The notes beneath the pieces were generated by a model that was given only the letters and a program-made list of their open reading frames with translations, made no database searches and had not been told where the DNA came from. The position numbers and the translations under genes are program-made. From positions 29,452,001-29,516,000 of the forward strand of contig CM097885.1 in assembly GCA_044892525.1 (NCBI GenBank): a stretch of 64,000 bases of DNA, in the 5' to 3' direction. This document shows, piece by piece, positions 1 to 8,870 of the stretch. This DNA is from Schmidtea polychroa (taxonomy: Eukaryota). Numbering within the stretch: the first letter of the stretch is position 1; every line of letters begins with the position of its first letter.

Positions 1-536
1 TCAGCAGCTCTTTTTCTAATACTATGTGTGGTGTTAATGTGTGTTCCATGAGACTCTAAATTTGAAATTCTTTTATTAAATGATGTAATCATCTCATTTA
101 TTATATTATATATTGCATTAAATTTAGTATTCATAATTTGTTTATCTTTAGAATTTAATATAGCAGTATTTAACTTTACAACTTGTTCAGTTAACAGACT
201 TTGTAACTTGTCAAATTTATCATTAAATCGTTGTTCGATATTATTAAGCTTTGATTCCATTGAATCAATTTTTGTTGTTAATGAACTTTCAATTCTTGTT
301 GTTGTTAAATCAGTATATTTTTTAACACCATCTACATATTTCTTATTAACTGCATCAGCTTCATCAGTTGGAAAAGATAATTCTTTTATCTTGTGTCCAT
401 TTAAAATTAAATCACCCTTCATTGAATCACCTCTTTCATTAATATATTTATTTTCTGTTAAAGTTAATATTTCTTCTGTATTAAACCCTGTTTTTATTGT
501 TCCACCACCTCTATTACATGGAATATAAGAACTCAT
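1..536 (-). CDS. Putative virion fibre/spike protein (runs off the window)
   Basis: Read by hand, absent from the ORF track: MSSYIPCNRGGG...GDSMKGDLILNGHKIKELSFPTDEADAVNKKYVD, then a coiled-coil-like region. The motif resembles trimeric tail-fibre/YadA-type repeats. Confidence 0.65.
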   Translation of the reverse strand, partial: MSSYIPCNRGGGTIKTGFNTEEILTLTENKYINERGDSMKGDLILNGHKIKELSFPTDEADAVNKKYVDGVKKYTDLTTTRIESSLTTKIDSMESKLNNIEQRFNDKFDKLQSLLTEQVVKLNTAILNSKDKQIMNTKFNAIYNIINEMITSFNKRISNLESHGTHINTTHSIRKRAA

Positions 537-560
537 TTATTAATAATTTAAAATGAATCT

Positions 561-1325
561 TCAAACCTGTTTCAAATGTAAATACATTGAAATCTCTTCT
601 CCATTAAAATCAATCAATTCTCCTTCTTGATTAAGAATTTTAAAATTAATATCCATTATATATTTTCTACATAAAGGTAAATAATTTGGAGGATTCATTC
701 TTTCAACTATTTTATATCCCATAGGAACTGTGTTTGAGGGAAAGGAATATAAAACATTTGTTTGTTTACCATTATTATAAGAACCTGTTATACAATCGCA
801 ATGAATATTTATTGTGTTTGTATTTATTATTTTTATAATATGTTCTGATGTTATTATTTTATCTTCTTTTATTGTTATATCCATAGGTTTAAATCCTAAA
901 ACTGTGTGAAAGAAACAATTATCTAAAAAACTAATTTTTATATTCTTCAAAGTCATTACACATTTTGAAGTTGGTATATCCATTTTAATTTTAATACCTT
1001 CATTTGTTTTTTTAGAAAGTATATCATTTAAATCTTTTATCTCATATGCCCCAGGTTCTATTGTTATAATTTCTGGTTTATGCCCATCACTAGTTTGAAT
1101 AGTAAATTTATTATTATCTTTAGTTATATTAAAAATAGTATTATAAGCACAAAACCATAATAGCCCCAATTCATAATTTAAATTTTGATCTAATTTAATT
1201 GAATCTTGAAAGTTTATAGTAAACTCTGATTCTTTTGAATTTATAGATAAAGTTCTTGAATATTTATCTGACATTATGTTTACCATTTTTTTTAAATTAT
1301 CTTCCGGAGGGTTGTGAAGCTCCAT
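561..1325 (-). CDS. Polinton minor capsid protein (penton, single jelly-roll)
   Basis: 254 aa with F..SIKL...YELGL, NITKDNNKF, I.PG.YEI..LN, INIHCD.I.GSY.NG, LYSF...P.GYKI.E and G.LIDFNGE motifs. The true start may be a downstream Met. Confidence 0.85.
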   Translation of the reverse strand: MELHNPPEDNLKKMVNIMSDKYSRTLSINSKESEFTINFQDSIKLDQNLNYELGLLWFCAYNTIFNITKDNNKFTIQTSDGHKPEIITIEPGAYEIKDLNDILSKKTNEGIKIKMDIPTSKCVMTLKNIKISFLDNCFFHTVLGFKPMDITIKEDKIITSEHIIKIINTNTINIHCDCITGSYNNGKQTNVLYSFPSNTVPMGYKIVERMNPPNYLPLCRKYIMDINFKILNQEGELIDFNGEEISMYLHLKQV

Positions 1326-1358
1326 TTCTTTAGTAGTAAATTCATATAGTAAAAATCC

Positions 1359-1823
1359 TTATAGTAGAGATTCTAGATCATTATAAATTTCTTGAATTAT
1401 AGATTCAAAATCCTGCGTATGCCCCTTTCCCTCTCCCTTATTCAATCTATACAAAACATATAAACTTAAAATACCACATATTTTAGTATTCAAAGGTTGA
1501 ACTTGTAAAGAGTTAAAAGTATAACCATTTGGGGAATCAATCGGAGAACCCCTCAAGAGATAATCTTCAACTTCTTTAGTAGGTTTAATCCCAAAAGAAT
1601 CAAAGTAGATAGATTTCTTATATATACAAACCCAATGAGATCCTTTTTCATTTGAATTTTGATAATTGATTATTATATTCAGGGGACTCTCCAGACTTGA
1701 TAATTCATCATTCAATAATATTTTAATTTTTAAATTTAAATAATTTGCATAATCTTTTAAATCAAAATTTGTTTTTGCATTTATTCCAAATGTTTTTAAA
1801 AAATCTAATATTGAAGGAGTCAT
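1359..1823 (-). CDS. Adenain-like cysteine protease
   Basis: GSHWVC (His), YFDSFG (Asp) and VQ..CG (Gln/Cys) catalytic motifs. Confidence 0.92.
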   Translation of the reverse strand: MTPSILDFLKTFGINAKTNFDLKDYANYLNLKIKILLNDELSSLESPLNIIINYQNSNEKGSHWVCIYKKSIYFDSFGIKPTKEVEDYLLRGSPIDSPNGYTFNSLQVQPLNTKICGILSLYVLYRLNKGEGKGHTQDFESIIQEIYNDLESLL

Positions 1824-1845
1824 TTTGTATTTTAAAACTTCGTAT

Positions 1846-2727
1846 TTATAACTTCGTATACTTATTAAATTTATCTTTTGAAATTATTCCTTGTTTTAAC
1901 AAATCTTTAGAAATCTTTAAAATATCAGAATCTAAATTATTATGTCCTGCTTTCCTTGCAGCTAATAGTTTTCTTAATTCAATAAAAAGATTGATGGGAT
2001 TTGGTTTACCACCTTCACTAATTAATCCCTCTCCCTCTGTAACAACATAACCCTTTTCATTTTTATTTAAATAATTCTTTAAATCTTGAATATATTTTGC
2101 TTTAGAACTAGCTCTTATTAATCTTATTAAATTTAAATATTTTTTAATTTCTTCAACATCATCTGAAGAATATCCACAAAGTAATCTATAAAAATCATCT
2201 GTAAATTCAAAGTCTAAATATTCATTATTATAAACATTTTGTGAATGAATACGTGATTTATTTTCTGAATTTGAATATAAAGTAAAGTTTTGTTTATTAA
2301 TTGTTATTATTTGATATCCTTCAGTATTAGTATTAAATGTGGGTCTAATTGAAGGAGGTAAATCATCTCTAATTTTAGGATCAACTTTAAGAGGTTTTGT
2401 TTTTAAAAACATTTCTTCTTCTTCCACATTAGAAATTCTTCTGCGTTTTCTTTGATTTCTTTCAGGATGGTTTTCACTGGATTCTTTTTCTTTATCCTGC
2501 CACTCTAGTTCTTTTATTTTTTGTTTTTTATCTTCTAACTCTTTAAATTTTGCTTGCTCATTGAAATCTTCCAACTCTTTTATAGCTTTAATTGTTGGAC
2601 CCTGTTGTTGTGTTATTACCTCATTTAATATTATAGATTCAGCATGTTGAGTTGTATCTTTTTTATTATATTTATCTTGTTCTGATTGTAATTTTTTTAA
2701 AAGTGCTAATCTTTCTTCATATACCAT
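1846..2727 (-). CDS. Conserved Polinton ORF of unknown function
   Basis: 293 aa. The C-terminal LFIELRKLLAARKAGHNN...ILKISKDLLKQGII resembles the L..L.LL.A...AG.N helix motif I recall from Maverick/adintovirus ORFs. A GEGL motif precedes it. Confidence 0.7.
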   Translation of the reverse strand: MVYEERLALLKKLQSEQDKYNKKDTTQHAESIILNEVITQQQGPTIKAIKELEDFNEQAKFKELEDKKQKIKELEWQDKEKESSENHPERNQRKRRRISNVEEEEMFLKTKPLKVDPKIRDDLPPSIRPTFNTNTEGYQIITINKQNFTLYSNSENKSRIHSQNVYNNEYLDFEFTDDFYRLLCGYSSDDVEEIKKYLNLIRLIRASSKAKYIQDLKNYLNKNEKGYVVTEGEGLISEGGKPNPINLFIELRKLLAARKAGHNNLDSDILKISKDLLKQGIISKDKFNKYTKL

Positions 2728-2749
2728 TTTAATGGTATCAAAAATGGTA

Positions 2750-3328
2750 TCATAGTTCGAAGGGCTTCAAGTATAATCCTTTACCATTTTTAGTTTTACA
2801 AAGGCATCCATTCTTTAAAGATTTACATATTTTTTTTAAATCTTCTTTATCTTTTGAAGATAAAGATTCAGATGTAGAAATTTGATTTTTTAAAAAATCA
2901 TTTAAACCTCTACCTTTATAAGGATCAAGATAGAGACCTTTGCCGTGAGACTTTTGCCGACTCCCCTCATATGGATTAAGATAGAGACCCTTTCCAACGG
3001 ACACTCCCCCTTTAGCTTGCCCTACCTTCTTCATTGAATCGATTTCAGTTTGTAGTTTTTCTTTTTCTAGGTCTGTCTTTTGAGATTCTTTAGCTTTTTG
3101 AACTGTAGTTGCAATTCCTCCAGCTATTCCAGCAGCACCTGATAAACCAGCAATGATTGCAGGTATTAAAGCAGCTAATGGAAGAATGCCACCTTCTTTA
3201 GCTTCGTGGAGCTTCGCTCTAACTTGTTCTTTTACATGTTTTCCAATAAAATATTTTTTACCATCAATTACTACTGATTTATTTTTATTTGAATTTATTA
3301 ATTCTTGCAAAGATTCTTCAGTTGTCAT
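2750..3328 (-). CDS. Putative core/pX-like structural precursor
   Basis: GGILPLAALIPAIIAGLSGAAGIAGG resembles the adenovirus pX GG(F/I)LP motif, with GKGLYL three times. Probable start is MTTEES at 3328 rather than 3391, which would overlap the ATPase. Confidence 0.7.
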   Translation of the reverse strand: MTTEESLQELINSNKNKSVVIDGKKYFIGKHVKEQVRAKLHEAKEGGILPLAALIPAIIAGLSGAAGIAGGIATTVQKAKESQKTDLEKEKLQTEIDSMKKVGQAKGGVSVGKGLYLNPYEGSRQKSHGKGLYLDPYKGRGLNDFLKNQISTSESLSSKDKEDLKKICKSLKNGCLCKTKNGKGLYLKPFEL

Positions 3329-3344
3329 TTTATAATAAATAAAA

Positions 3345-4136
3345 ATGGATACTTGGAAACCAATTTTAAATAGACATAAGAGTAAATTCAATAATAAAGT
3401 ATTTCCTGATAATTTTAGATTATTAATTGTTGGTTCTTCTGGATGTGGAAAGAATGTACTTGTTTTGAGAATGTTACTTGAAGATGATTTTTTAGATTAT
3501 AATAATTTAATCTTTTATTCTACAACCATAAATCAACCAGAATTACAACTTTTGAAATGTGGATTTGAAAATAAATTAACTAAAAAAGCAATAATTGATA
3601 TTTTTAAAAATCAACATAGGTGTCCTGAAGAAGTTTTTCAACCTTGTGATATGGTTGATTGGTATAAGGAAAAGATTTTAGAATCAGATATTAGTAATAA
3701 AAATGATTATATTTGTGAAGAAGGGCAGGAGGCAATTCAAGTTTTATTCTCTAATAAACCTGAAGATGTTTTACATTGTGATTTACTTCCTAAAGATAAA
3801 AAGAATCTAGTTATATTTGATGATGTTGTTAACATGAAAAATCAAGAGATTCAAAAGAGTTACTTTACACGAGGTCGACATAATAATTGTAATGTTATTT
3901 ATATATCTCAAACATATTATGCTTTAGATAAAAATTCAATAAGAAATAATTCCAATTGTTTTATATTTTTTAAATTAGATCGCCGTGATAAGAATATGAT
4001 TTATAATGATTTATTTTCAAATGTTGAACCTGATAAGAATATGTTTGATATGTTTGTTGATAATCATTGGAAAGAAAAATATAATTATATTTATTTGGAT
4101 AGAGAAGAAGCTGAAATATGGAAAAGTTTGTTTTAG
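3345..4136 (+). CDS. A32/FtsK-like DNA packaging ATPase
   Basis: Walker A GSSGCGKN, Walker B LVIFDD, FTRGRHNN arginine finger, YISQ and IRNNS motifs. Confidence 0.95.
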   Translation: MDTWKPILNRHKSKFNNKVFPDNFRLLIVGSSGCGKNVLVLRMLLEDDFLDYNNLIFYSTTINQPELQLLKCGFENKLTKKAIIDIFKNQHRCPEEVFQPCDMVDWYKEKILESDISNKNDYICEEGQEAIQVLFSNKPEDVLHCDLLPKDKKNLVIFDDVVNMKNQEIQKSYFTRGRHNNCNVIYISQTYYALDKNSIRNNSNCFIFFKLDRRDKNMIYNDLFSNVEPDKNMFDMFVDNHWKEKYNYIYLDREEAEIWKSLF

Positions 4137-4147
4137 GGCTTGTCGAC

Positions 4148-5551
4148 TTAAAAATCTGTTTTCTGTAGTTCATTATTATAAAATCTTCCTAATATTTTTT
4201 CATTATTTAAATCAAAGATGCTATATGTTATTGGAGTTGTATAATTTATTTTATTTATAATAAAAATTTCATTTGTCCATTTTGCTGTGAATCCTTTTTC
4301 AAATTTATTTTTATATTTAAATATTCTTACTCGGTCACCAATTTTAAACTTTGGTTTTTCAATAACATCATTTTCAATATTTACCACTTTAATGGTTTCA
4401 GGCTTCATGGAAGCATTTAAAGGTGTTAATTTTATAGAACTATGTACATCATTATTATATTCATTTACAATCTTTTGTAACAATTCATTGTTCCATTTTT
4501 GTTTTCCAATAGCAGTAAAATATTTCCACATTTTATTTTTTAATGTTCTATTTAATCTTTCAACTACGACTGCTTTTCCTTCGTTTTCTGTTGAATATAA
4601 TTTAATATCATTTTCATTTAAAAACTTTGTAAAAACTTTGTTATAAAATTCTGTTCCTTTATCACACCATAAATATTTTGGAATTCTTTGATATTCTTCA
4701 AATATATTTTCAAATGCTTCTGTAATAGAATATCCTGTTTTATTTTCTAAACACCTTGCAAAAGCAAATCTTGTATATAAATCTATTACAGTTAAAATTA
4801 TTTTATATTTTTCAGGGTCTGATGATTTGGGCATAAAGACTAAATCTGCAGACCATGTTTGATCTTTTTCATGTACTTGAACTTTTAAATATTTTTTATT
4901 TTTTCTAAATTCATGGTGTAATTCCTTTGCATATTTTATTTCTGATTCTGTTGGGGTTTGTAAACTAGTCTTGGATATATTCTCAAGGGATCTTTCAATG
5001 TCTGCTTGTTCGATAATCTTTTTATAATCAACATCTTTTGCTATTCTAGGAAGTCTTGCACCCATGGTGATCGGACTGTGTCCTAAGCCTATGAAAATCT
5101 TACCTTTCATTGCTAATTTAACTAGAGCTCTTTGAATCTTTTCTTGGGTTGATGGATTTTGGATACTATTTAAATCATGTATTAAATTCACATCTGCAAC
5201 ATGTCTATCTCTAAGATTTGTTGAATTGTATGCAATGTCATGTTTTAAAGCTGCTTGATCAATTCTATTTATTGGTTCTTCTCCTTGTTTGGGATTATTA
5301 TTTTTATCTAATCTAATATCTAGACGTGTTCCTGGTCCAGTATAGTTGTGTTTAAATAAATGTCTTTCACCTGGATATTTTTCTGTAGTAAAAGGTTTTA
5401 ATATTGAAGATGTTGTTTTTGAAGATTGCAAATCGCCTCCAGCTCGTGGAATTAGATCACCTCCTGTATGTTTTTTAGTTTTTAAATGACTTGCTTTGTG
5501 ATGTTTTGTAACTTGACAATTACAACTTTCACATCTCCAATAGAGAGACAT
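4148..5551 (-). CDS. Retroviral-type DDE integrase fused to an N-terminal C2H2 zinc finger and a parvovirus-VP1-like phospholipase A2 domain
   Basis: CESC..H..KKH zinc finger; NYTGPGT...DQAALKHDIAY...RHVAD PLA2; WSADL, LWCDKGTEF, VVERLNRTLK DDE core; FKIGDRVRI..FEKGFTAKWT C-terminal domain. Confidence 0.92.
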   Translation of the reverse strand: MSLYWRCESCNCQVTKHHKASHLKTKKHTGGDLIPRAGGDLQSSKTTSSILKPFTTEKYPGERHLFKHNYTGPGTRLDIRLDKNNNPKQGEEPINRIDQAALKHDIAYNSTNLRDRHVADVNLIHDLNSIQNPSTQEKIQRALVKLAMKGKIFIGLGHSPITMGARLPRIAKDVDYKKIIEQADIERSLENISKTSLQTPTESEIKYAKELHHEFRKNKKYLKVQVHEKDQTWSADLVFMPKSSDPEKYKIILTVIDLYTRFAFARCLENKTGYSITEAFENIFEEYQRIPKYLWCDKGTEFYNKVFTKFLNENDIKLYSTENEGKAVVVERLNRTLKNKMWKYFTAIGKQKWNNELLQKIVNEYNNDVHSSIKLTPLNASMKPETIKVVNIENDVIEKPKFKIGDRVRIFKYKNKFEKGFTAKWTNEIFIINKINYTTPITYSIFDLNNEKILGRFYNNELQKTDF

Positions 5552-5580
5552 TTTAAAATGTTAAAATATCAGGGATTATA

Positions 5581-6867
5581 TCAAGAATCTCCCCTAACAT
5601 TTTCGATTATTGAAATCTTTCCACCATATAATTTCATTTCTATTTTCTTTTCTTCTAATATTAATACTTTAGCTTTAAAATTAGAATCCTTTGTTACATG
5701 AAGTGTAACATCAACATTATTTATGGCTAGGCGATCATCTTGGTCTGAAACATTTATACAAAATATAGAATATAAATTTTTGAAATCTTCTAAACTTAAT
5801 TGCGGTTCAATTTTGAAATCATAACATGTTTCAATATAATTTAGATATGGGAATATGTTTTCATTATTTTCAATATTAAATTCCATTCTATTTATTGGAT
5901 AATAAGAACTATTTAATTGAATTTGGATTGTTTTTAAATTATCAACTCCAATCTTTTGAATAAACAAGTTGTTATTTTTTTGGAAAGATGAATCTACTTC
6001 TTTGAATTCAATCAAGATATATCTTGGTCGGTATGCTAAATTTGCTACCTTTATAGAATATGTTGAACCCTCTGTCATACTAAATTCACTACAGATTCTA
6101 TTTAAATAATTTACATTTATAGACTTGTTGGAATTTAATCTTTCAAGGAGTTTAATCTCAGAATGTGGGTTTAATGTCCATTCAGGTATATGTAATTCAA
6201 GTGTTGATAATTTTAATTTAGCTTTTGTATCTACAGCTCCATAGAACAATCTTTTATCACCTTCTACTCTATTACAGATGAATTCTATAAAAACATTATG
6301 AAGTATACGATTACAGTTTTGAAGGAATCCAAACAAGTGTTTTAATTCAAAATAACCTTCAAATTTTTTAGATTTATAAAGTTCAGCTCTTTTATGGTAA
6401 CCATGGTTTACATCTAAACCATCTTTATCTAAATCCCCTTTATTAACATCAGGAATCCAACCTGTTAATTCACCATATTCGTTTTTATAATCACAACCAG
6501 TCAAAATAAAATTTAACATTGTAGAATATACTCCCGGATGCAAAACAGTTTCAATTTCTGATGATCCTAGTTTTAATCTCATGTTGGAGAATAAATTTGG
6601 AAAGAAATTATTTTCTAGGGTTATATCTTTGTTTGCTTCAATTTCTAATTCGATTTTATAATATAATTTGGCATTACAAATATCTATAGGGTTTGATGTT
6701 TGAAGAGATTGAAAAACTATATCACCCCTACGATTTAAGTTTGCAATAGATCCTGAAGTTGGAGAGATTTTAAGTACATCATTTTTCTTGATTTCACGAG
6801 TAAATTCTTTATTATAATCAAGATTTAATTTATTTTTTTCTTGAATTTTAAGATTTATATTATTCAT
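5581..6867 (-). CDS. Polinton major capsid protein (double jelly-roll)
   Basis: 428 aa with NNFFPNLFSNMRLKLG..EIE, LKHLFGF, RPRYILIEF, LNS.YYP and DFKNLYSIFCINVSDQ motifs, in a capsid-gene context. Confidence 0.88.
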   Translation of the reverse strand: MNNINLKIQEKNKLNLDYNKEFTREIKKNDVLKISPTSGSIANLNRRGDIVFQSLQTSNPIDICNAKLYYKIELEIEANKDITLENNFFPNLFSNMRLKLGSSEIETVLHPGVYSTMLNFILTGCDYKNEYGELTGWIPDVNKGDLDKDGLDVNHGYHKRAELYKSKKFEGYFELKHLFGFLQNCNRILHNVFIEFICNRVEGDKRLFYGAVDTKAKLKLSTLELHIPEWTLNPHSEIKLLERLNSNKSINVNYLNRICSEFSMTEGSTYSIKVANLAYRPRYILIEFKEVDSSFQKNNNLFIQKIGVDNLKTIQIQLNSSYYPINRMEFNIENNENIFPYLNYIETCYDFKIEPQLSLEDFKNLYSIFCINVSDQDDRLAINNVDVTLHVTKDSNFKAKVLILEEKKIEMKLYGGKISIIENVRGDS

Positions 6868-6923
6868 TTTTATATATTAAAATTTACACACACACAATAG
6901 GATTAATTAAATATATTTTGTAA

Positions 6924-6997
6924 GCCATTATAGCGGAGTGGGAATAGGCTTCAATTTTATCACCGGGAGTACCGGGTTCAATTTTCGATTTTGGTCA
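6924..6997 (+). ncRNA. tRNA-like Pol III unit 1 (degenerate)
   Basis: A box TAGCGGAGTGG at 6931, B-box-like GGTTCAATT at 6975, T7 run after. Internal T4 runs may terminate transcription early. Confidence 0.45.
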
Positions 6998-7166
6998 ATT
7001 TTTTTCGATATTTTTTTTCAACGGAATCTGATTCAGCGTACTGATTTTAGTATATATTTAAATTTTCAGATAGATCTAAGTGGTAGTTGTCGAGAAAATG
7101 AATAATTAATTATCAATTTCATCAATAAATAGTCACACATTAACAACTTATTTTATATTGAGTATA

Positions 7167-7239
7167 GCTCTAATAGCTTAGTGGTAATAGCACTCGACTG
7201 CATTGCCAATACCAATGGGTTCAAATCCCATTTCGGTCA
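7167..7239 (+). ncRNA. tRNA-like Pol III unit 2 (Cys GCA-like loop, anticodon stem unpaired)
   Basis: A box TAGCTTAGTGG at 7174, perfect T arm ATGGG-TTCAAAT-CCCAT, CT-GCA-TT at the anticodon-loop position, T7 terminator. Confidence 0.65.
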
Positions 7240-7425
7240 TTTTTTTCCAAATTTTTTTTTAACGAAATATTGATCAGCATACTCGATTTAGTACTTGTAC
7301 AAATTTTTAATGAGATTGGTCAACGGCAACTTTTGGAAATTTAAGATCAAAAACGTTTTAACTACCAAAAAATTAATATATCCAATAAAAAAATATTTAT
7401 AAAAAAGGATGAGTTAAAAGAAAGA

Positions 7426-7659
7426 ATGAGAAATGAATTGAATGAAGTTAAACATAAGAGAATGAAAAGAAGAGAAGAAGAACCATTAGAATACATCAAA
7501 GAGTTGATGGTAGATAATGAAAAGTATCGACATTTTTATATGAAGGCTGTAGATGTTGCTGATATAAGATTGAAGAAAATGAAACAATTACAGGAAAGAG
7601 TTAAAGAACTTGAATCGATTATTTATAGTCTAAAAAATGACAAAAAATCCAAACCTTGA
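7426..7659 (+). CDS. Small charged coiled-coil protein of the Polinton
   Basis: 77-aa ORF rich in K/E/R with heptad-like periodicity. Its stop codon overlaps tRNA-like unit 3. Confidence 0.5.
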   Translation: MRNELNEVKHKRMKRREEEPLEYIKELMVDNEKYRHFYMKAVDVADIRLKKMKQLQERVKELESIIYSLKNDKKSKP

Positions 7660-7725
7660 TGGCGCAGTGGGCTAGACTGACACAGTGGTTCAAAATGCTA
7701 GCGGTTCAAATCACATCTGAGGTTA
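7653..7725 (+). ncRNA. tRNA-like Pol III unit 3
   Basis: A box TGGCGCAGTGG at 7660, B box GGTTCAAATC at 7703, terminal stem AACCTTGATG/CATCTGAGGTT, T9 terminator. Confidence 0.6.
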
Positions 7726-7871
7726 GTTTTTTTTTCAACATAAAATAATATTAAAAATTTGAAAATAATATTGAAAATAGTGTGGGTATCTTATATTTAT
7801 AAAGTACTTGTATATTTTATTTTATTTTATTTTTTTATAAATTAAAAATTAAAAAAATGACAAAAATTCAA

Positions 7872-7945
7872 ACCTTGATGGCGCAGTGGGAATAGACTGG
7901 CACAGTGGTTCAAATGGATAGTGGTTCAAATCACATCTGAGGTTA
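7872..7945 (+). ncRNA. tRNA-like Pol III unit 4 (duplicate of unit 3)
   Basis: A box at 7879, B box at 7923, same terminal stem, T8 terminator. Confidence 0.6.
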
Positions 7946-8429
7946 GTTTTTTTTCAACATAAAATAATATTAAAAATTTGAAAATAATATTGAAAATAGT
8001 GTGGGTATCTTATATTTATAAAGTACTTGTAAATTTTATTTTATTTATTTTATTTTTTTTTTTTTTTTTATTAATTAATTATTTTTTAAACATAAATATG
8101 AAAAAAAAAATATTGAAACGGGTGATGGTGGCGCACCGGTAATTATCGCCACCTGTCTTTCGAACACCACCGGATCGATCCCGGTAATGTGCACATTTAT
8201 TTCTCAGTTGTTTTCGGACCTCTTTCGAATTCGCTTTCGAATTCATTTGTACTTTCGAGCAGCACACTTAAAACGCCGATGAAATTGTATTCGAGCGAGA
8301 AGCGAATAATAAGGTGTGCTGCTATTATCGAATTGATTCTGATGTATGAGTCTGGCCAGCTTGTATATTGGAAGAGATTTGATAAACGAAAGAGGTTGAA
8401 TATAAAAAAAAATGATCCGGATCAAAAAA

Positions 8430-8492
8430 AAAACTGTTGAGAGGACAGTGAAAAAAAAAAAAAAAAAACCACTGTCCTCTCAGAGCAGTTTT
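8430..8492. repeat. Subterminal hairpin of the Polinton
   Basis: AAAACTGTTGAGAGGACAGTG, then an A-run loop, then CACTGTCCTCTCAGAGCAGTTTT. Confidence 0.85.
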
Positions 8493-8626
8493 ACTATTTC
8501 ATAAAATTTTTTATTTTTAAAACTTTCAAAACCTTAAGGTGATCAGGCGACCTAGATCATTATGAATTAGGTAATCTGATATTCTTATAACATTAAATCC
8601 TTATAACATTAAATCCTTAAGACCAA

Positions 8627-8870
8627 GTAGTGAGGAATCTATGCACCCCGTTACCTTTTCTCGGAATTACTAATCTATAAATACATCTATTCCGAACTTT
8701 TTTACTTTTAAGGGAAGAAATTAAGGGTTAATGGCAATAGGGGACAAAGTTTAAAAGTTAAAAAAAGTGAAGAATATGGGGTAAAAAAGCATATAAATGT
8801 GGAAAATATGGGTCAATAGCGCTGTTTTTTTTGAGGGTGGGGGTGCTGGGGTGCATAGATTCCTCACTAC
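8627..8870. mobile_element. ~245-bp MITE-like element with 23-bp TIRs
   Basis: GTAGTGAGGAATCTATGCACCCC (8627-8649) and its exact reverse complement (8848-8870). No TSD seen. Confidence 0.75.

Larger units (their letters stand above)
7632..8050 (+). repeat. ~220-bp tandem duplication carrying units 3 and 4
   Basis: 7632-~7830 is nearly identical to 7852-~8050. Confidence 0.9.
1..8498. mobile_element. Polinton/Maverick (adintovirus-like) element, one end; continues beyond the left edge of the window
   Basis: Compact intronless cluster of capsid, protease, ATPase and integrase ORFs. It ends in a GC-richer region with a hairpin whose reverse complement starts AATAGTA, close to the Polinton AGTAGT end. 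pPolB is not in the window. Confidence 0.93.

Noticed and set aside
208..528. Plus-strand ORF and other antisense ORFs over the Polinton, hAT and Gypsy genes
   Set aside because: They are shadows of motif-bearing ORFs on the opposite strand.
7167..7239. Functional tRNA-Cys(GCA)
   Set aside because: The anticodon stem (CTCGA/GCCAA) does not pair and the acceptor stem has two mismatches. It is kept only as tRNA-like.
8797..8870. N-terminus of the 184-aa ORF as the real transposase start
   Set aside because: It derives from the adjacent MITE, not from the hAT.
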